In this document: positions 57,961-64,000 of the stretch, piece after piece
How the letters are laid out: each line of letters begins with the position of its first letter
Numbering within the stretch: the first letter of the stretch is position 1
Assembly: GCA_963691875.1 (NCBI GenBank)
Contig: OY829846.1
Location: forward strand, 2,144,001-2,208,000
Reading direction: 5' to 3'
Length of the DNA stretch: 64,000 nt
From: Aureliella sp.
Lineage (GTDB): Bacteria > Planctomycetota > Planctomycetia > Pirellulales > Pirellulaceae
The notes under the pieces: model-generated
What the model was told of the DNA's origin: nothing
Databases searched by the model: none
What the model saw: only the letters and a program-made list of their open reading frames with translations
Program-made: the position numbers and the translations under genes

Positions 57961-59979
57961 CTAGGGCCTTGGTGTGAATTGGCTTGGGTCGAAGTTCAAT
58001 CCACCCGGGACACCGGCAGGGGCGGCCGGCTGCGAGGCTTCCTTTTTCTTAAATAAGACGTCTCTCGTGATCTTGAGTTTTTCATAGACACTGTCACTGA
58101 CAATGTAATACCACTCCGAGAAGCGGGCGTTTAGCTCAGAAGCCTTTTTACGTGCGTCGTCAATTCGCTCATTGCGGTCGTCCATAAGACGCTGGTTCTC
58201 CTTCGCGATTTCCTCACGCATGACTTCAAGTCGTTCAAGAAGTTCTTCCTCGGTTTCCTTCGGCTCTTCCTGCGATTGATCGGCGGAAGGTTTTGCCTCG
58301 CCCCCTTGATCAGCAGGCTCGCTTTCGGCTTTAGCCTTCGGCTCGGAACTGTCGGGCTCCTGTGGCTTGGCGGCGGGTTCTGCCGACTTTGCTCCTCCTT
58401 CCTGAGCAGCCTCTCCGCTAGCGTCTCCTTCTTGGGGATCGATCCCACAGGTGTCGGGCGATTCCGGTTCTCCAGATGGTTCTTCCGTCTTCGCTGTTTC
58501 CTCTGTGGACTCGCTGGATGATTCCTCGTTAGAGCCTTCCGCCTCAGATTCCGCAGCTTCCTTTGTCTCGGCTGACGCCGCCTCAACGTTCTGTGCTTTG
58601 CCTGAAGGATCCGTTTTCGGTGAAGGTGGTCTTTCCTCGGCAGCGTTGTCATCCCCTTCAGGCTTCGGAGTCTCTGACTTGGGCTCTTCCGCGGGAAGTG
58701 CGTCTTTGGGGTCGAGCTCAGGTAGGTCTGTAGGTTGCACTGGCAGTGCAAGTTCAGGTCGGATTGGTTCGCCGCGCTCAAGACGCAACATTTCCTCCAC
58801 AGTCTCTGGCAGAGGTGCTTGCTCGGGAAGTGGGAATTGCGACTCGTCAACCGTCGCTGTTACTAGCAAATAACGTTGAATCGCATCTTCACCCTTAAGC
58901 AACGCGAATGCGTTTCCGAATCGAAGCTCATAGTCGACTCCATCCGTTGTCCCGATGGTGATGTCACCACTGGCGGAGAACATCTCGGGTGTTCCACGCA
59001 TTGTAGTTGGGTAGAAACCTTGGCTCTGCAAACTAGCAAGACTCTCTTTATCATTCAGCAGCATATCGGAAGCCTTGAGATTGGCCGCGAGTCCATCCGG
59101 CTTGCGACGAACGTCGATAATTTCGAGATCCTGCACAGCTAGCTTCAGGTTGTTCAAGAATTCGGTATCCAGCTCCTCGTCTGGCCCGACCTTGCCTTCC
59201 ACCGGCTGATTATTTTCGTAGCTAACTAACTTGGCGAGCTCCCAGTTGTTCTGAGAATTGCGAACCTCGGCGTCAAATTTCAGCTCCAAAATGGTACTAA
59301 GCCCTCGTGTTTCGAGCGTGTAATCACGGACACTGACTTTGTTGATGTCCAGGCCACGAATTCCAAGAAGCTTTTTCTCAATCCAATCACCGAATTCACT
59401 GGAGAACGCCTCCACACCTATCTCTACGACATAGACAACATCTTCCGTGGGAACTCGGGCGTAGCGGAGCCCCTCTCGATCCTCAACCTCCTTGCCAATG
59501 ATCAGGCTCGCTAGGATTTCATCCGCTTTGTCTTTGAACTCAACTAACATGCCGACGCCGCTGGCCCCAACCGCCAAGTTCTCATCGGCGGGGTTTGCAA
59601 CGCCGTAAAGTTCGTGCTCGCTAGCCGACTCGGTAGCAACGTTATCAACCTTGATGCCAATCATCGGACTAGTAGCTTCCTGCAGCTGCTCGGTTGCATC
59701 TGCGGGATATCCACCCGAGCTCGGAAGCGTCCACAAGCCTGAGCTTGCATCACGAGCAACTTCGAAGCGATCTAGCTGAGCGAGTGTCTCATCATATTTG
59801 ACAATCTGTAGCGAATTCGCTTTCGCGGGATCGGTAAAGGAAGGAAAGAGCTCCTCCCCCACGCGTTCCAGACTGGCATCCTTCTCGCTCAACACGACAT
59901 CCGGACGGGTAAACCACGCTAGGCCCAAAGCCACAGCGGCAACTCCGATAAAGATTAGAGTCGTTCTACCTTCATTCAC
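57961..59979 (-). CDS. DUF4340 domain protein with a long acidic insert
   Basis: N-terminal TM, GYPAD, SLIIGKE…RYARV motifs; last gene of the Gld-like ABC operon. Confidence 0.8.
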   Translation of the reverse strand: MNEGRTTLIFIGVAAVALGLAWFTRPDVVLSEKDASLERVGEELFPSFTDPAKANSLQIVKYDETLAQLDRFEVARDASSGLWTLPSSGGYPADATEQLQEATSPMIGIKVDNVATESASEHELYGVANPADENLAVGASGVGMLVEFKDKADEILASLIIGKEVEDREGLRYARVPTEDVVYVVEIGVEAFSSEFGDWIEKKLLGIRGLDINKVSVRDYTLETRGLSTILELKFDAEVRNSQNNWELAKLVSYENNQPVEGKVGPDEELDTEFLNNLKLAVQDLEIIDVRRKPDGLAANLKASDMLLNDKESLASLQSQGFYPTTMRGTPEMFSASGDITIGTTDGVDYELRFGNAFALLKGEDAIQRYLLVTATVDESQFPLPEQAPLPETVEEMLRLERGEPIRPELALPVQPTDLPELDPKDALPAEEPKSETPKPEGDDNAAEERPPSPKTDPSGKAQNVEAASAETKEAAESEAEGSNEESSSESTEETAKTEEPSGEPESPDTCGIDPQEGDASGEAAQEGGAKSAEPAAKPQEPDSSEPKAKAESEPADQGGEAKPSADQSQEEPKETEEELLERLEVMREEIAKENQRLMDDRNERIDDARKKASELNARFSEWYYIVSDSVYEKLKITRDVLFKKKEASQPAAPAGVPGGLNFDPSQFTPRP

Positions 59980-60095
59980 AATACAACTCCTAGAGTTCCG
60001 ATTCGAAGCCGATGGGCTTCGAGCAAAAGATTCTTAGCTTACTTGTTTGGGATTTGACCGCTTCGCAAATGCTTTACGATTGCATGAGGAATTGC

Positions 60096-63065
60096 CTAGC
60101 GAAGTCGGTTCTTCGAAATACCTTCTCGTTCTCGAACTCGTCGGGAAACGAAGACTCCGATGCCGACCAACAGCGGTGGAATGGGCGGCAATAGCACGGC
60201 CCAGAGTTTGTAACGCGTCTGAATGTCGCGAATCTTACGATCGCTTTCACGCTGCTTTTCTTTGATCAATTTCTCCGTCTTGTCACTTCGAGCCTTATTC
60301 TTGACCATCGATTTTTTCTGGTTCACCTGCTGCTCGATTCGGAATTCCTGCTGCTTCCGGATGAATTCACGCTGTTTCTTTTCAGTATCGATTCCATCAC
60401 GCTGCATGTCATTCAAGACCTGTTGGAGCTCTGCGATTCGCTTTTCCTCCGCCTCTTCCTCAGCATCTTTTTCTTTGGTGGCAGCTTCCTGCAACTCCTT
60501 GATCGCCTTGTCTCGTTCCGAGCGATACTTCTCAGCCTCTTCTTCAAAGAGTTTTAAAGTAACGTGCTTTGCTTCGTGCGTACGAATCTTCGGATAACTC
60601 TCCTCACCCGCAAGAACGTCAATCATGTTCAAGAAGAAGACGACATTCTGAACGGCCAGATCCATATCCAATTCCTTCATCTGATCTGGCCTTTGCCGGC
60701 TGAAGCTGAAGAAGGGATGCAAGCAATCCACATCAGCAACGTAGACCGCTTTCATTGGGCGCGTGTTGCTAAGCCCGCTTTCGGAGCCTTCACCTTCGGC
60801 CTCCGCAGCATCACCTTGATCCTGCTTATCCTCGGACTCCAAAGCATTGGAGTTCACTCCATCCGCCGCCTCGATTAGCATGGCCAAGGTTTGAGAACCA
60901 GAGGGTGCGCCCTGGAGAACTTTCAATGCAGCAGGATTCTCACGGTTCTGCAGCTGTAGCTGAAGTTCGCTGAGACTCATCAGCCCAGACACTTCGCCAA
61001 AAGTCCTGACAAGCGGAGTGAACTTTAAGTCCTCGCGTTTTGCATCAGCTTCGACAGCCCCGGAGTAAACGAACACTACCTCCCGAAGATCTGCCGAAAC
61101 GCTATTTTCTTGGTTGATCAAGTCGTTTTCAGGATCCAAGCCCTGCGTGGCGAACACCCACTGATCACTGATCGGCATCCGAGATTCGAGCTTGGGGTAT
61201 GGGTTATAGCTTTGCCAAACGATGTCTGGATTCAGACCAGTCATTGATCCAGATTGTGGAATCTCGATTCCAATTGCATCCCACAGCGTCTGAATATCCC
61301 CCTTTGGCTGCGGCGGAGCTCCACCCATCATCATGTTGCCCTGTTGCTGCTTTGGCTGCATAGTGCCCGTGAACCGCATGTACTGCTGATAAATCGATGG
61401 AAGCGGATCCTCGAATATGGCGGACGGCACGCCAGCTTTAATCGCACTGACGACATTGGGCAGCTGCTGCGGGCTCAAAGATGAAGGTTGCACAACCAAC
61501 ATCACGTCGAAGTTCTCCGCCAAGATTGGCTGAGAAGGATCGACGTCGACCACGTCGTATTGCTTCTCAAGCTCTTCGACCAAAGGCTGTTTAGGCAATT
61601 GGGCGACATTGCCGCTGGTAAAGTCAAAGCCGCCCATGAAATTGGCGTCGGTCTTGATAATACCGAGCTTGATTCGCTTGGGCTGGGCTACCGTGCTGAT
61701 CGAACGGACCAACTCGTACTCAACAGGAATGCCAAGTTCGAAGAACGGAATCGTAACCTTCGACAAGCCAGATCGAATCGCCGCACCGAGGATGACTTGC
61801 TGATTTTTGATCGCACCTTGCTCGCGGACTCGGACAAACTGCGGAACGATGCCATATTGCTTCTCCGCCCGCGTAGCATCTTCACCGAAAACTTCGATGC
61901 CGTCGTTGATCTGAACTTGCATCTGCACGCCACGGCTGCCAGCGATGGCTTTGAACTCTTTCAGTAAAGTAAGTAGCGAATAACGGCTCTCCGAGTACTG
62001 CTCCGGAATGTCGGCTGAGATAAAAGCTTCAATCACAATCGGCCGTTCAGGCTTCAACTCGCGAATCAGCTTGCGAGTCGTATTGCTGACCGAGCTTACT
62101 TTGCCTTCCGTCGCGTCGTAACGGAGAAAGTCATTGTTCTGCAGGAAGTAACTTAGGCTGAACACAGTCAGCGTAAGCGTCAAGATGCGGGCGAAGTAAT
62201 GCAAGAACTTCACGTTGCTATCTTGCCCGCCAGTCCAGTGGCGACGGCCAATTAATACCATGCACAAGTAAAGACCGAGCGTGAGTACGAGCACGAAGAA
62301 TGCGGTCGGAGCTAGACTAATCACGCCTCGCCCAAAATTATCGAACTGCGAGCTCAGACCGAACATGGACACGAACTGTGCACCGAGCTTCCATGGAATG
62401 ATCACGTCAGCCATCGAAGCAAACGCCAGCGGCGCGTTGAATGCGGCACCAAGCACAAACCCCACGGTCAAGTTGGCTGTGGTGAACGACGCTATCATCC
62501 CGATCGCCAGCATAGCCAGTCCGATAAACCAGTAACCAAGATAGTTTGCACAGAACAAACCTGTATCAACTTCACCTTTGGAAAGGAACAGCAGTACGAA
62601 AAAGGTCGAAAGCTGTCCAAAAACAAGCGAAACTGTGTAAATCGATGCGGCGGAAAGATACTTCCCGATAACGATATCAAAGTCATCAGCTGGCAATGTC
62701 AGCAACAGTTCGTCTGTCCCTTGTCGTTTTTCTTCCGCCCAGATACTCATCGTGATTGCAGGAATGAAGAACAACATGATGATCGGGAACCAGTAGTTAA
62801 GCTGATCCAGATTGGCCAAGTTCGAATTAAAGAACTCGTAAGGCCAGAACGCCGCCATCGAACACAAAAGTACGAAAAGGCACAGGAACACATAACCGGT
62901 TGGATTGGCGAAGTAGGCCAAAAAGTTACGCTTGAGAACCGCGTAGGCCGCTCGCTTTCTGGTAGCCAGAGTTCCAATAATCAGGAAGGCCGCCATGCCG
63001 ATGATGGCATCAATCACAAGTAACTTTGCTAGAGGAGCCAGCAGAACTAAGAGTTGAGATGACAT
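60096..63065 (-). CDS. GldF/GldG-like ABC-2 permease fused to an auxiliary domain
   Basis: YFANPTGY, PAITMSIWAEEKRQGTDELLLTLP and EYELVRSI motifs; C-terminal coiled coil and TM. Confidence 0.88.
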   Translation of the reverse strand: MSSQLLVLLAPLAKLLVIDAIIGMAAFLIIGTLATRKRAAYAVLKRNFLAYFANPTGYVFLCLFVLLCSMAAFWPYEFFNSNLANLDQLNYWFPIIMLFFIPAITMSIWAEEKRQGTDELLLTLPADDFDIVIGKYLSAASIYTVSLVFGQLSTFFVLLFLSKGEVDTGLFCANYLGYWFIGLAMLAIGMIASFTTANLTVGFVLGAAFNAPLAFASMADVIIPWKLGAQFVSMFGLSSQFDNFGRGVISLAPTAFFVLVLTLGLYLCMVLIGRRHWTGGQDSNVKFLHYFARILTLTLTVFSLSYFLQNNDFLRYDATEGKVSSVSNTTRKLIRELKPERPIVIEAFISADIPEQYSESRYSLLTLLKEFKAIAGSRGVQMQVQINDGIEVFGEDATRAEKQYGIVPQFVRVREQGAIKNQQVILGAAIRSGLSKVTIPFFELGIPVEYELVRSISTVAQPKRIKLGIIKTDANFMGGFDFTSGNVAQLPKQPLVEELEKQYDVVDVDPSQPILAENFDVMLVVQPSSLSPQQLPNVVSAIKAGVPSAIFEDPLPSIYQQYMRFTGTMQPKQQQGNMMMGGAPPQPKGDIQTLWDAIGIEIPQSGSMTGLNPDIVWQSYNPYPKLESRMPISDQWVFATQGLDPENDLINQENSVSADLREVVFVYSGAVEADAKREDLKFTPLVRTFGEVSGLMSLSELQLQLQNRENPAALKVLQGAPSGSQTLAMLIEAADGVNSNALESEDKQDQGDAAEAEGEGSESGLSNTRPMKAVYVADVDCLHPFFSFSRQRPDQMKELDMDLAVQNVVFFLNMIDVLAGEESYPKIRTHEAKHVTLKLFEEEAEKYRSERDKAIKELQEAATKEKDAEEEAEEKRIAELQQVLNDMQRDGIDTEKKQREFIRKQQEFRIEQQVNQKKSMVKNKARSDKTEKLIKEKQRESDRKIRDIQTRYKLWAVLLPPIPPLLVGIGVFVSRRVREREGISKNRLR

Positions 63066-63127
63066 TTGCAGGTCGTCGTTAAAACGTGAGTTATATTAGA
63101 AGAACGGTTGTAAGCGTCGGAGTAGCA

Positions 63128-63904
<777 letters not shown>

Positions 63905-64000
63905 GTATGCAGTTTTCCTGAGTTTTGCGGGACTGAGTAAGTCGCTCAGAAACCAAATTTTGCGTGAAATCTCGGGCTCGACGAGCCCCCATATAAAAAA

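Overview
Bacterial chromosomal window, most likely from a Planctomycetota (Pirellulaceae-like) genome. This is inferred from the gene mix: a BBP7-type beta-barrel, a Ser/Thr kinase-WD40 fusion, S1 sulfatases, DUF1080, CotH and gldA/FG-DUF4340. The housekeeping backbone is parA-parB, an Omp85-family protein, an acyl-CoA ligase, an MFS transporter, dxr-rseP, ftsH, tilS, an STAS/anti-sigma pair, uvrA and a Gld-like ABC operon. Two decaying accessory patches are present. The first (about 16.7-22.7 kb) holds a multiply broken sulfatase next to an intact one and a frameshifted lipoprotein with a cysteine-less HesB/IscA-like domain. The second (about 28.7-34 kb) holds an amber-interrupted kinase and a broken secreted protein. 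The standout feature is a 12.3-kb minus-strand operon (36544-48879) of seven signal-peptide-bearing amidohydrolase-superfamily genes encoding nine amidohydrolase domains. Only one domain keeps the complete metal-binding set (HxH, K, H, H, D); the other eight look like intact pseudoenzymes, several with long charged arms inserted at the same site. This suggests an undescribed periplasmic hetero-oligomeric amidohydrolase assembly. No rRNA, tRNA, CRISPR array, integrase or transposase was recognised. All family calls come from motif recognition by eye, not from database searches.
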